Positions 37,200 to 51,986 of a stretch of 64,000 bases of DNA are shown here, piece after piece. This DNA comes from Octopus bimaculoides (lineage: Eukaryota): assembly GCF_001194135.2 (NCBI RefSeq), contig NC_069002.1, positions 3,240,458 to 3,304,457 on the forward strand, given 5' to 3'. Numbering within the stretch: position 1 is the first letter of the stretch; each line of letters opens with the position of its first letter. A model generated the notes under the pieces. That model saw only the letters and a program-made list of their open reading frames with translations. It had not been told where the DNA came from and ran no database searches. A program made the translations under genes and the position numbers.

Positions 37200-37790
37200 T
37201 GGGGCACCGCCTTGAAGAATTTTGTACTTGTTGTTTTTAATACCTCATCCCATGTCTCCCTGGGTCTCCCTCTTCCACAACTTCCTTCCACTTGTAGAGA
37301 TCAGCACTTCTTCACTCAGCTGTCCATATCCATATGTATCACAGGACATTTCCAATACAGGCATATCTCTTGCACGCCACGTCTGATGCCTCTTATGCCC
37401 AACTTTTCTCTCAAGATGTTTGCACTCTGTCATACCTTTTCTACAGATTGAGCAGGGCCATTTACCTTAGGAGATTTGTGATTTTTCTGCTTTCCAACTT
37501 ACTAAGACTTTGGTTTTTGCTAGCTTAACTTTAAGACCCTTCAATTCTAGACTTGCTTTCACACCTGAAACTTCTTCTCTAGTTCTGGTGGTCATGCAGC
37601 TATAAGAACAAGGTCATAAGCATAGAGTTCTTCCTCCTCCTCATCAAATTTCTCAATTAGAGAGTCCCTAAATGTCTGACTATACAGAGGATCCTTAGGC
37701 TTCCAGATCCTTCTTTTCCAGATCGGTCTTCTTCTTGGCACCTTCTGGCCTGAAGTCTAAAGTCACTAAAGTCTACAGCTGAAATGTCCT
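37200..37790 (-). mobile_element. RTE-clade LINE relic, internally deleted
   Basis: Minus frames give PIWKRRIWKPKDPLYSQTFRDSLIEKFDEEEEEL; ELEKKFQVWKASLELKGLKVKLAKTKVLVS...GKWPCSICRKG; and LREKLGIRGIR...VKKC*SLQVEGSCGRGRPRETWDEVLK, with stops and frameshifts. Confidence 0.8.
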
Positions 37791-38500
37791 TCCTTCATAA
37801 TGTCAAACAACTCGGTACTTCTTTTCATGGCACCGACTCTAGTGAAGTCCTCAAGTAACTCACAGGACAGGGTCCACTCAATGAGGTGGAGTGGGGGGTA
37901 TAGAATTGAAGGAAGTGAAAATATGATGGAATGTCCATACATGTGTTGTGTGTGTGTGCGTGTGTGTGTACGTATATCTTCTAAAATTTATCTGGGACTA
38001 CATTACATAATATGACCTTATATTAATCTCAATATCTTTGATTCAGGGAGAGATTCTGCTGCTTTTCCCCAGCAAGTCATTCAAGTACATGTCTAATATA
38101 ACAATCAGGCATGTTCAGTTTTAATGAACCAATGAATACATTTCAGTTCAAAACCCAAATAGTGTTTATCTTTTATCGATAACATTTCAGCAACTTCATC
38201 TCCTCATCCAAAAACAATGACTATTGATAAACTTTGATCAGTTTCTCCCAAGTTACATAAATAAACACCTAATTACAAATATGGGTCTATTTAATATTGT
38301 CAATTCACCCAAAAGTCTCCCCAGACGCAATAACATATATATATATATATATATATANNNNNNNNNNNNNNNNNNNNNNNNNNNNNNNNNNNNNNNNNNN
38401 NNNNNNNNNNNNNNNNNNNNNNNNNNNNNNNNNNNNNNNNNNNNNNNNNNNNNNNNNNNNNNNNNNNNNNNNNNNNNNNNNNNNNNNNNNNNNNNNNNNN

Positions 38501-38546
<46 letters not shown>

Positions 38547-40560
38547 ATATATATATGTATATGTATATATATTTCGTTTTTGCATTTAGTTTGCAAGATT
38601 CTTTATGTGCTGAAACAAATTTTGTTGTGTCCAGGGAGCATCATTATGCTAATATTATTAACACACATACGTTGGTTCAATTCCACTCCTCTATTATTAG
38701 TCAAGTGGTTAAATATCCAACTAACTAACCAATTGTTTGTTTAACTTCGTTAAACCCACATTTATTATATTTTTTCGTTCATTAAAGTTCTTTTGTTGCC
38801 ATTTGCAACTGTTTCAGAGACTCCTTTCCCAGTCTGTTAAGGAGGCCACATTTGTTTGTCTGAGACTTTGTTGTTTGTATGTGTGTAGAATATGGTAGGT
38901 TTGTGTGTGTGTGTGCCTCCATACAGCCATGCCTGCACCCCCACACAGCCACTCCTGTGTTTCCACATGGCCATGCCTGTGTCTCCACACAGCCACACCT
39001 CCGACTCCACACAACCACACCTGCACCTCTACACATATATATGTATATAGTGAAAGCATGTGGCTTAGTGGTTAGGGTATTCGACTGATGATCACAAGAA
39101 CATGAGTTCAATTCCTGGTGGCACATTGTGTCCTTGAGCAAGTCACTTTATTTCACGTTGCTCCAGTCCACTCAGCTGGCAAAAATGAGTAGTACCAGTA
39201 TTTCAAACGACCAGCCTTGTCACACTCTGTGTCACACTGAATCTCCCTGGGAACTCAATAGGTTATCAATGATGTCATGAAGGAGATCAATGGTATAAGA
39301 AGTTTGCTGACCCATATTCTAAATGCTGTCCAAATATCTCCAATGACTAGAAACTAAATTCTTTACTCCCTCTGTCAAAATTGATTTCACAGCACACAAC
39401 TCATATCGTGACACAACATATTTATTTCCATGAAATTTCCTCTCTTAAACATTAGCTGCAAAACAATTCTTAGCAACCAGAGATTCCACAAGCTTCACAT
39501 GTCACATGGACAAATTCCTTGCAATGAAGTCAGACAAGGCGTTGACACTCAGATATGTTTTAGACAAAACAATTCCCTAATTGAGTGTGTCATGGTGTTC
39601 CAGTTAATGGCTTATATTGGAGTGTGCAATTAAGTTAAATATAGTAAATTCAATTTTGTAGACACAAACACATACACATGAGCTTTTCACGTGCATTTTC
39701 CATGCTGGTGTGTACTGCATGATTTGACAGGAGCTGGTGGGCTCCATTTGTCTGTTTTGGCATGGTTTCTATGATGGATGCCCTTCCTAATGCCAACCAC
39801 TTTGCAGAGTGTAGTGGGTGCTTTTTACATGGAACCAGCACAGGGGCTTTTCAAGTAGAAATGCTTTTATAAATATATGTATATATGTGTGTATGTATAT
39901 ATACATGTGTCTATATCTATATCTATCTACACACACACACACACACACACAGAGTTTTTAGTCATTGCAGTTTTCTATCCTAAAGGATATATTATACAAC
40001 AAGCTTCTTTCAGTTTCTCTCTACCAAATTCACTCACAAGACATTGGGGCATTGGTCTAGCGAAGAACCATAATAGAAGACATTCATCAAGTTCATGATG
40101 TTGTATAGTGGAACTGAACCCAAACCACATGGCTGGAAAACAAACCTCTTAACCTCACATCCACGCCTTAGGATCAACACTCTCTTCTTTTACCCATTCC
40201 TAACTGATTCATGTCCCTGCTAAACAACAACAAATGCTACTCAAAACATACGATTAAATAAATAAATGTCTTTAGTTCAACAGCCACTGAGGAGGTGAAT
40301 AATCTGTCAAAATACCTAGATGTGTCTTATAAGGTAACTTGTGGCAGGTACCCCAAATTTTCTTCAAGTGGCATCATTCTTACTAGTTGTTTAATCTATG
40401 ACCGTTCAGATAGATCATGTAGGTATAAAGTCATATTAATAGCTACTTGCTGAGTCCTTGTGCACTGCCATTCATGAAATATCTCTTTCGTTGAAATGAA
40501 CTAATATTGTACTTAGTACATAAGTTCATGTACGTTTATCTTATATATTTGTATACATAC

Positions 40561-40657
<97 letters not shown>

Positions 40658-40675
40658 TATATGTATGCATGTATA

Positions 40676-40709
<34 letters not shown>

Positions 40710-40937
40710 CATGTATGTATATTATGAATGTACTTTACTCCATCCTGTCATATGTCATCATGACAAGGTAATCTATTATCTATGCGTACGTGTTTGTGAT
40801 ATTTATGCATGTATGTATAGTCTGCTTTGTGTGTATATGAATATGTGCATGTATATGTATGCATAGTCGTACTTGATTAACAGAAATTGACTTACATTCT
40901 ATGTTACTATTGCTTTTTAATATAGTGTTGGTAATTG

Positions 40938-40992
<55 letters not shown>

Positions 40993-41552
40993 CTTGCATG
41001 TATATATACAAATATGCATACATATATAGGTAGACATGTGTAATTAGCTTGTATTCTATTTTATTTCTTTATTTTTAAATATAAATTTGCTGTTAGTGTG
41101 ATTCGAACACACACAGTAAGGGAAATAAGCCGAATCTCAGCAGCATCCAGACAGCAGCAATTTCGTTTGTCGCTTCTATCGATTGCGCCAATGAACCCTA
41201 AACGTACATCGCTGACGTGTAATCGAGCACATGACCTCTGTGAAAGTGATTATAGAGCGCGTAGTTATCAGTTTCCTGGTAACGAGTAAACCTGTTTAGG
41301 GACAAAGTATACTTAAAATAAATGAACTCTCCCTTGCTATTTTACGAAGAAACGCATACAAAATAATATTATAAAAATAACACAAAAAAAGCAGGAAAGA
41401 CAAATAAATAAATAAATAAAGCAGAGCAATGCTACCGACGAGAAGAAATTATAGAAAAGAAAAGCTATAGATACACACACAACATTATCACTAGCTAAAT
41501 AACTAATTATAATTTACGAAATTAACTGAACTCTGTCACCAAGCTGCCTTTG

Positions 41553-41600
<48 letters not shown>

Positions 41601-42040
41601 TTATATTCTGTATTATTTTACCCATCAACCTGATTATTATTTTTTTTCTTCTGTCATACGCGCCGCCCATCCTGCCTTGGTTGATATCCACTATCACTAT
41701 CACCCTTTCTCCCAGTCTATATATATATAGCAAAGAGGAATTGCCTTCCTTTCAGTCTCTGTTTTTCAATCTGTTTAAACTGGTCACTTGGAGTCAAGGA
41801 CGCTTTATCGCGCTACTTCCACACTGACGTTCAAATTACTTAAGTGCGTAATTTAAGCAACTTATCAACAAACAAACAAATTGATTGATCAACAACAAAT
41901 AATAATAAGAAAAAAGACGATACCGGTGAAACTACCACAGATCGATTTTTGTAAATCAGTTAAATTTTGCTTTTCATTCTTGCGAGTGTCACAATCTCAT
42001 CGAGTGTACATTTAAACAGTTTTTGGAAAAGAAAGTAATA

Positions 42041-42125
42041 ATGATGGCCAACTCTACGCGTGGTTTTTTTGTACTCCCCGTTCTCTTCAGTTTTTTGCTC
42101 TTCGGAGCCTTTTTCATGTTTGCAG
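42041..42125 (+). CDS. First coding exon (signal peptide) of a mucin-like secreted or membrane glycoprotein
   Basis: ATG ATG GCC... encodes MMANSTRGFFVLPVLFSFLLFGAFFMFA plus G, then a perfect donor CAG/GTAAGT (phase 1). The phase fits the exon at 51852. Confidence 0.7.
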
Positions 42126-45100
42126 GTAAGTGATTTTATATATATATGTATCTAGGTTTTACAAACGACAGGTGGGGAAAAGTACTCGGCGTACAGTTAA
42201 TATATTACATGTGCATACATATATGTATATACAGCAAACGTGACCAATATACACACATGACTTGAGTAGTGTACAGTTTTTATAAGCAGAAAAATCTCAA
42301 GTATATTTCGTTTATTTAATGTGTTTATTCGTTCATTCACAAGGATTAAATTTCCAGTAAATAAACTAGCTTATTATATACTGTTAGAATTTATACATAC
42401 ATGTGCGTGTGTTCAATTATGTACATAGTTTTACTATACCCAAGTATATTAACCTAATTGCTTTATTTAGTTGTATGTATTTACTGTTTTAACTGTTATT
42501 TTCGGTAAATATCTTTAATAAAAAAAAAAAAGCTAACAACGAAATTAGTCCAGAAGTTTCCAGTAATTAGACGTTCAGTCAACGTGGTATCTGCCTCAGA
42601 GGGGGTGGTATTCGGCCTGCTAGAAATAGAAACAAAATCTCCCTCAAATCACAACCATCTGAAAATTTATACTTCCAAAAAGTTGAATGATCGATCATTA
42701 GTTGATTCGATCAGGTCAGATAGAGCTGGATCTAAACAAATAATGCACCAAATTTCTAATTAATTATCACATCGAAAATGGATTCAACAGCTGACAGTTT
42801 ATAAATCTTAAAACAATTCAGTGTTTGTTTATTTGTATGAAAGTCCACGATTGACAAGATAACGAAATGTCAAATATTATCGTGTTTATTATCTTTTTAA
42901 TTCTTTTTGTATATTATCTTAATTCTTACGGTCAATCTCCTTACAAGTTTGAATACCTGCCCGAGGTTCATCTCGCTTCCCAATATTCCGAGAGGGTGGG
43001 GCAATGAAATAAGACTTAGCAATCAATTACTAAAGAACCTGTTTAAAAACCGTTGCACTCCCAAACATTCTGTCTTCTTTTGTTACCGTTTACTTTTTCA
43101 TGTTGTTAAATACCTCAAGCAATCTTATTTAATATACAGAAATTCCTTCAAGATATGTCGAGTCTTTTAAATAATTTATTATAACTAAAATGTTTTTACA
43201 ACAATGTATTTCTTTGTTCGTGTGTATGAAGTCTTTTTTATTCTTATCATTCGCTGTCTAGTGCAGCTGGTTTTTAATTTATACTTGTAAATAAATACAC
43301 AGTGCTTGTCTGTTTTATTTCAGCAAGCTTCATATCCACCCTCTCCTCTCGTCTACAAAAAAGTTTTCCTGCTTACACTCCTTGTTAAATGGCTAAATGT
43401 AACGGCCTAATCACCCTCAAATGATAACCAACCGTCTTGTGTGACCCTTCAGGTTATGAAATCTTAAGAGTATAAGTAAAAAAGGGGTGGGCACAATTCA
43501 AAAAAGCCTTTCGTCATAGGTCTATCCACTCTGGGCTAACCTGGGGCTGACCTAAACAATATTAATGTATAAATCTGTGATATTTAAGAACGAAAACCGA
43601 AATGTTTGATATTCAATCCTAATTTACTATTTCGTTTTATAAACATTCCTTCTTCAAAAAACACATCAAAGAACTTTTTGAATCCAGACTTAGATATTTT
43701 TTTTTTATCTTTAGCAAGTTTACTCTCAGAAAGTAAAGCTTATAACTAGAGAAAATATAACCAGTTAACCAGTATAATATAGTTAAATCTCGGCACAATA
43801 TTTTGTCCTTATTAATAACTTTTATATGTCAAGTAAAATGTTTCTGCAACAAATGAAGTTCTACTTCTAATGTGGCCCTCCCTCCTCAACAGCCTCAGTT
43901 TTCACTATTTATTTTAACATCTAAAATTCTAAAAAAAATCGATCCATCAGCAACATCGTTATTATTATTTAAAACACTTCGTTTAAAAAAATATAATTTT
44001 GTTTTCCATGCCAAAAGTCTTATGATGTACTGCTATTATCTTTCCCGGCTGTTCGGTAACCATGCTGGGACATAAAACCGTCTGTGACTCTTCAGGGGGG
44101 GGGGCGTATAATAAGTCAGGGTGTTGTTCATATTAACACACAAACACATTTGTGTATTTCTTCACATTATATCATATATTGTAATTTACACAGCAATACT
44201 GACATGTTAGGTCACATTATGCTCCAACACCTTTTTTTTCTATAAGAAACCCCGCCATATATAGCGAGTGTGTGTGTGTGTGTGTTTCGACCGTTGGGGA
44301 AGAAATTTTATATGACCCAAATTGCTCAAACTCGAGTCATCTTGACAAATAGCTTCTAATGCCCGTGTGTGTGTGTGTGACAAATAGCTTCTCTAATTTG
44401 TCTGTCTATAATACGCATGCCAAACATCCTAGATGACTGAGTAAATATTCGTTTCACTTTGTTTTTCTCATTATCTTATGGCCTTCATCGCGTCTTTTTC
44501 TCCTTTATCATCTAAATAACATCTACCCCATCAACCACACGTAGCCTTTTTCTAGCTTTGTAACGCCTCCACTCTGTCATATATATAATCTTTAAACATA
44601 CTCAAATTAGGTTTTTTTTTAAGTAATGCTTTAAACACGTATGTAATAAATAGGGTTTGATCTACTAAAAATAACTGAAATACCATTTTAAATTACACAA
44701 CCTTCTCATTTTATGTAAAAAATAGACCTGCATGATATTGCCATTATCCTTAATATCCCTAAAAATGTAATAGAGGTTTGAAAGTCTTTTGATCATAGGT
44801 TTTGCTCACTGTGGACTGACTCGGGGTTAAATAGAAACTGAAAAGTTTAATTACTACACTGGTAATTAAACCCAATAATTAACAAAATGGTGTCAGTCTT
44901 AATTTTCTTTTCTTTCTTTCTTTCATGTCTTCATCAAATTGTTGAATAACCTCTTTAAAAATGATTTTGAAACTGTCCACGAAAACTTTTCGCGTTGTCA
45001 AATATTTTTTTCTATGTCTCAAATGACCAACTTAAATATTATCGAACAATTTAAATATTTTTCATATAACTTAATATTTTAAGTGAGATCTGACTGCTTT

Positions 45101-46380
45101 GAAAGTGGGGGAGTCTCTGTAGCAACACTTTAAAAGTTCTGAACTACCAAACTGGCGTGGTTCCTATATTAAAATAAACTTGTCTCAAATCTACTCCCGT
45201 CCTTTTCGTTTTATGTACATAATAAGGCCGACTATATTATTGAATGTGTCCTTTATTAATGATAAACAGGCGTAGTTGTGAGGTAAAGAAATTTGCTTTC
45301 CAACTATAGAAGTTCCTGCTTCAGTTTCTGTGGAAGCTTGGGCGTGGATTTAATAGACAGAAACTGAAAGAAGCCCGTCGTCTGTATGTACGGTGGGGTC
45401 TTTGTGTTTGTGCCACCCCTCCTCCTGCCGTTTGAGAACCGGTGCTGGTTTGTTTATGTATCCGTAACTTAGCGGTTCGGCATAGCTCGATAGAAAAAGT
45501 TACGAAGCTTTAAGTTAAATGTACGCGAATCGATTCGATTGACTAAAACACTTGAAGTCAATGCTGCAGCATGACCGCAGTCCAGTGACTGAAACAAGTG
45601 AAAGATAAGAAAAAAAAAGAAAGAATATTGTTGATTTCTGTGAGATTTATTTTCTTGATCGATAAAGCTTCGATCGACATATCGCTAAATTTCTGGCACA
45701 GCTTGATGCATTATTATAAACAAAAAGAAGACAGTAAATAGAAACGGATCTGTCGTTGTCAGGAGGAAGATAAATCAATGTTGATATTCAAGTTTCTCTC
45801 GTGTATAGTCTTTTGTCTTTCTAGAAACTTGTATGGTTTCGTGTCAGTGCGTGTGAGGCCGCGACTTGTTGATTGAATGAAGGAAATAATTAAACGAGGG
45901 AAAACTATTTACATTGAGAGTGTGGAGAGAAGTGCGGGGACTAGATGTCAACGAGGAATGGTTCTGTGTTGATGGGGGGGGGGGGGATTTAAAAAGTGGA
46001 ACGAAATATTTTGATGTGAGGAAAAAAAGTCGGCGGTTTTTCAAGAATTGGTGCATATAAGATGGCCGACAAAGTGAAACCAACTGTTCTGCATCCAAGT
46101 GAAAGTTTTATAGGGGGGCATACTTTGACAAGTATTACCCCCATACACTCTAATTTGTTTCCCCATAACTTTCAGAAAAATGGATTTTTTTCTTCAAATA
46201 TCTCTCTGATAGAGAAGATTAAGATTATATTGGAATTTAAATGTAAAAAGGAAGGAATTGATAGACGCGTACACATACAAACGTACATACATCACATGTC
46301 TACAAAATGAAACTTGGGAAAGTTTTTAAATAATTGTGATGTTATCCCCACAACAATTATATGCGACTATATCTACTCTA

Positions 46381-46590
46381 CAGGGTGTCTACAAAGTCTG
46401 GGTACATGGAATAAATAAAATCGTAACGTAGACAATTAAATATAAGAAATAATTTCTTTAAGTATGTGTTAATCTCCATGTGGGTACACGGAGTAAATAA
46501 AATCATAACATTAACAATTAAATATAAGAAATAATAATTTCTTAAAGTATGTGTTAATCCCCATGTACCCAGACTTTTGTGGACACCCTG
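46381..46590. mobile_element. Tc1/mariner-type MITE with TA TSD and internal tandem duplication
   Basis: TA-CAGGGTGTCTACAAAGTCTGGGTACATGG ... CCATGTACCCAGACTTTTGTGGACACCCTG-TA. The interior is two copies of an ~80-bp unit (GGGTACA.GGA.TAAATAAAATC.TAAC...AAGTATGTGTTAATC.CCATGT). Confidence 0.85.
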
Positions 46591-49352
46591 TATTATTGTA
46601 TTATTGCCGGCGTGCTAACGATTCTGCCAGCTCGCCACCCTATTCGTTTGGATTATTGCCTCTAGGATCCCGCGAAATGAAAACTCTAAAAGTACACAAA
46701 AACTCACTGTTTATGTGTGTTGGGTCAAACACGTTAACTATTACTTACTTGCTTACCTACACAAATGTGTTCTCGCCGACTGCTTCCTCATAAATGGGCG
46801 TTTATAACAATCCAACATAGAAGATTACAACGGTGATGCAAATATCATGCCGTACACGACACTTATGGCAGTCTATCGATATTAGATTGACGAGTTTTCT
46901 TGACGTCAATCACAAAGAAAAGCTCACATTTGTTGTGAAATATATCAGATATATTCTCTGATATTATTTATCCTTCTGCTACAGTACAACTGCATTGGTA
47001 GCACTCAAACGAAGCTTAGTACACTTAATGTCGTATCCCCTGCATGTAGCTGGATTTGATCCCTCGTTCCCTGTCAACGAAGTGTAGCACTTCTCTGGAA
47101 TGTGGATTCAAAAAAGTTACGTGTGTGTGTATGTACATATGTTGGTGCCACGTAAAAAGCACCCAGTCTACTCTGTAAAGTGGTTGCCGTTAGGAAGGGC
47201 ATTCAGCCATAAACGCCATGTCCTAGTAGACTGGCGCTTGACACAGCCCTCTGGCTGACCAGCTGTCTTCCAACCCAGGCCAGCATGGAAGACGAATGTT
47301 AAATAATGGTGGCTCTGTGGTTAAGATGCATCTTTTTGCAATCACAAGATGTCAGGTTCACTACGATTGCACTAAACTTTGGGCAAGTGTTCTCTACTAT
47401 AGCCCTTCACCAACCAGATCCTTGTGGGTGGAATTGGTAGGCAGAAACTGTAGAAGCCTGCGACATTTGTCTCTCCGTACTTGTCACCATCCTTGTCACT
47501 TGACAACCAATAAAGTACTGGGGTTAATTTGATTGGCTAAACCCTTCAGAGTGGTACCACAGCATGACGGAGACATGTAAATGAAAATATACGCCCATAC
47601 ATACCATACATAGTTTTAAATGTTTATTCCCAATCCTTTGCAAATAATTGCATTATCATTTTTTTATGTCTGTTTTCCATTTTGGTATAGGCTAGATCCA
47701 ACAGGATGAAACCGGTTGGATCTTGCTCCACTGTCTCAGTTTTGGCATGGTTCCTATAGCCAGATGCTCTTTGTGACACCAACCACTTTAGAAAGTGTAC
47801 TGGCTGCATTTTATCACAGTACCAACATCATAGAGGTTGTCTTGTCCTCATTAAGCTTAAAGATCCTTCTCAAGCTTTGCATAGTTGCAGGGCTTGAGAG
47901 CTCTTTAGTCTTTGCCAACCATGTACAAACTCTACTGTACTTTTTATTTTTAATAGCACTGGCACTACAGGAGTCTCCTTGTAGCTTGCAAGCCAAAAGA
48001 GAATTAACAATTGTTTTCAATTCTCTTTCATAGTTTATCAATCAATTGTCTTCTGGATAATATAAATGCTGTCTGTATAAATGGAATATATTGCTCCATT
48101 AAGTATTACATACACAAACCGAGGCAAAATAAATATAGGTTATTCAATTAATGAATGACAATAATCAGTGCTTAAGCAATGAGAATTGAAACAAATGACA
48201 ATATTGTGAGTGATTTTAAACCTTTTGTTACCATGTTTCCTTTGAAATGCCAAAGTCTTTTGTTTCAATTAATTTTGAAATTAATGAAAAATTTAGTGAA
48301 ATAATTTTGTCATTAGCTGGTGTTTGGGACGTAAGAAATTTTGATGGAATGCTTTTAGATCACTTCCATGTTCCTAAACAGTAAATTCTAACTTAAGAAA
48401 TCTTTCCTTAAATCAGTCCCCAGTATATATTTAAATTTTTTTTTTTAAGCCTGATGTTTTTTCTACCAAACTCGTCTTACTAAAGTACAGTTTTGGAGAC
48501 ATAAACAAACAAAACACACAAACTGGCTCCTTTCAGTTCCTGTCCACCAAATCCAGTTGCAAGGTGTTGGTTGGCCTAGGGCTATAGTGGAAGGTACTCT
48601 CCCAAGGTGCTGCCCAGTGGATCTAAACCGAAGACCACTTGTCTTGGAATGGGATTTCATAAAAACAGCATCTAAATAACCTAAATTTTAGTCCCTCCCC
48701 ATAATTCTGGATTTAAAACGGTCATTGAACTGTAGCCATGCTTGGGCATTTCCCTGAAGGATTTAATCGAACAAATCAACCTTGGTAACTATTTTATTGC
48801 TCTCTTTTTGCCAGACGACTAAGTTATAAGGCCATAAACAAACCAGCATTGGTGTGGCACAAATACAAAAACACATACACAACAGGCTTCTTTCAGTTTC
48901 CATTTATCAAATCCACTCACAAGGCTTTGGTTGGCTTGAAGCTACAGAAGACACTTGTCCAAGGTACCATGAAAGGTTTTGCTCAAGAGCACAATGCATC
49001 GCCCAGTCCAGGAATTGAAACCACAATCTTACTATCATGTGTCCAACCCCCTAACCACTGAGCCGCATACCTCCACGGATGTGAATGAAATTAGAATAGA
49101 AAACTGAGAATGCCACTCGCTAGTCATTCTAATCTAGTGATAATTTCATTCACAAATTAAATCTAGTTCATTTCACTAAAAGAAATTCTAACTCAATGAA
49201 ATTAGATTACAAAGAAAGTCGTTAAGGTAATGAGGTAATGTGTTAATTGGTGTGGCCTAGCAATGGACTCGCTGAAAATATATTAACGAGGGCTAATGAC
49301 AGTTTCTACCAGACTTCACTAAATTTACGTCTTGAGGAGCAGGGTAGTGATT

Positions 49353-49390
<38 letters not shown>

Positions 49391-50351
49391 CTTAGTTTAA
49401 TTTGAGGTTGGACTCGTTTAGTATGGTACTAAAACTAGTAGAGACTTCTAAACTTCTTGCTTTATTCACGAAAATATTTATTGTGAAAAAAACGCCAAAA
49501 AGAAGAAAAAAAATGAAGACCGCTAGATTCTCTAATGGCTACCTTAGATAAATTAATTAATTAATAGAAATATTTAAAAGTAGATTACTTTTGTATGTTT
49601 GTGTATTTGCATGTATAAAAATGTGTGTGTATGTATGTATATATATATATATATANNNNNNNNNNNNNNNNNNNNNNNNNNNNNNNNNNNNNNNNNNNNN
49701 NNNNNNNNNNNNNNNNNNNNNNNNNNNNNNNNNNNNNNNNNNNNNNNNNNNNNNNNNNNNNNNNNNNNNNNNNNNNNNNNNNNNNNNNNNNNNNNNNNNN
49801 NNNNNNNNNNNNNNNNNNNNNNNNNNNNNNNNNNNNNNNNNNNNNNNNNNNNNNNNNNNNNNNNNNNNNNNNNNNNNNNNNNNNNNNNNNNNNNNNNNNN
49901 NNNNNNNNNNNNNNNNNNNNNNNNNNNNNNNNNNNNNNNNNNNNNNNNNNNNNNNNNNNNNNNNNNNNNNNNNNNNNNNNNNNNNNNNNNNNNNNNNNNN
50001 NNNNNNNNNNNNNNNNNNNNNNNNNNNNNNNNNNNNNNNNNNNNNNNNNNNNNNNNNNNNNNNNNNNNNNNNNNNNNNNNNNNNNNNNNNNNNNNNNNNN
50101 NNNNNNNNNNNNNNNNNNNNNNNNNNNNNNNNNNNNNNNNNNNNNNNNNNNNNNNNNNNNNNNNNNNNNNNNNNNNNNNNNNNNNNNNNNNNNNNNNNNN
50201 NNNNNNNNNNNNNNNNNNNNNNNNNNNNNNNNNNNNNNNNNNNNNNNNNNNNNNNNNNNNNNNNNNNNNNNNNNNNNNNNNNNNNNNNNNNNNNNNNNNN
50301 NNNNNNNNNNNNNNNNNNNNNNNNNNNNNNNNNNNNNNNNNNNNNNNNNNN

Positions 50352-50386
<35 letters not shown>

Positions 50387-51851
50387 GGAGCAAATAATTC
50401 AAGTAAAAATAATTTGTGAAGATACTATTAACTTTTATTATCTAGTGTAAAAATTTGAAAATGATAACGTATGTGTACATGTTTGTCCCCACCACCATTG
50501 CTTGACAACCGATGTTGGCATGTCTGTGTGTCTGTAACTTACCAGTTCAGCAAAAGAGACCGATAGGATAAGTACCAGGCGTACAAAGAATGAGCCCTGG
50601 GGTCGATTTGTTCAACTGAAAGGCAGTGCTTCAGAATGGCCGCAGTCAAATGACCGAAACAAATAAAAGAATATATAAATATATGTATATATATATATAA
50701 ATATATGTTGATCGTCTTTGTGTATGTATTATAGACACAGTAGTTAGTTAACTTCTTCATCGACATGACTAACTGACTTCTCCAGGTACATACATGTGAT
50801 ATCACCTCTGATTGCACAACTGCTGACATACATTCTCTGCTCTCCACTCCTTGTCTCTAGATCTTTCTGTATATACATCTCTCTCTCTCTCTCTCTCTCA
50901 TCCCATTCGCACACTCGAGCAAATATCATAAATGAATGGCTAAACATTCCTTTCTAGCCGAATGTCCCAAGTATTTTTTTTGTCCAACCAATATTAACAC
51001 ACAAACACTAAAAAAATGTTAATGACTGAATGAAACTAGGATTAAACTTTTTTTTTTGTCCTTCATCTTTTTCTAGATACCAATTAGGTTGCTTCCCAAT
51101 CAAGAGTTTTTGGTTCAGTCTTACCATGTGCCATCTTGGGCAAGTGTCTTCTATCACATCCCTGATCCAATCAAAACCTTGCGAGTGGATTTGGCAGATG
51201 AAAATTGAATGAAGCCTGTCATAAAGACTGTGTGAATAAAAGATACTTCCAAGGTATAATAAAAGCTGTGTATTAAAATACAGCTTTTGTACATTGGAAG
51301 CATTTCTTTTCTCTTACACAGGCTTCTTTCAGTTTCTATCTACCAAATCCACTCACAAGGCTTTGATTAACCATGCGGTAAGGCTGAACCCAAAAGTTCA
51401 GGAATTGAACTCGCAATCTCATGATTGTGAGCTCAATGTTCTAACCACTGAGCCATGCACTTGGCCTCATATAAGGTGATTAAAATAATTGATGACAGAA
51501 ATCTCTCTCATTCATACCAGCTTGGAAAAATGGGCATTAAAACACTGAACCATGTTATCTCTGTTCTGGATTTTAAGCTAGGGTCACTACCAAAATGTTA
51601 GAATTGGGTCCAGAGGATAAATGAACCAAGTGCATATATTTTTTTGATCCATTTGATACCATCTTGCCTAAGACCACCCATTGTTTTCTGATACAACTTT
51701 TCTATCATACAGTGATTTAAATTAAAACTTTCAAAGATTCATGCTAATTAGTTCCAAACATCATTTCATTTGTTTCAAAAATAATGAGAAATCTGGTAAT
51801 TTTGAAATATGTGGCTTAATTGCTTTTTTTTTTTTTCTCTCTTTTACATAG

Positions 51852-51986
51852 ATGTAGCTGCTGCATCAAACACTACGACTGTGGCGCCAAAAACTACAGC
51901 TGCAGCACCAAACACTACGACCACGGCACCAAACACTACGACCACGGCACCAAACACTACGACCACGGCACCAAACACTACGACCA
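51852..51986 (+). CDS. Second coding exon: Thr-rich mucin domain with 21-bp (APNTTTT) repeats; runs into N-gap 51987-52433
   Basis: Strong acceptor ttttttttctctcttttacatAG, phase 1. Joined to exon 42041-42125 it reads ...FMFA-D-VAAASNTTTVAPKTTAAAPNTTTTAPNTTTTAPNTTTTAPNTTT. The unit GCACCAAACACTACGACCACG occurs at 51905, 51926, 51947 and 51968 (last one truncated by the gap). Confidence 0.75.

Noticed and set aside
39052-39120. tRNA-like A/B boxes here and in other SINE heads
   Set aside because: There is no complete cloverleaf and each continues into a SINE body, so these are SINE heads, not tRNA genes.
45766-45785. TGACA plus TGATTTAT (Meis and Pbx-Hox-like) composite
   Set aside because: These short motifs are common in AT-rich DNA, and no conservation evidence is available.
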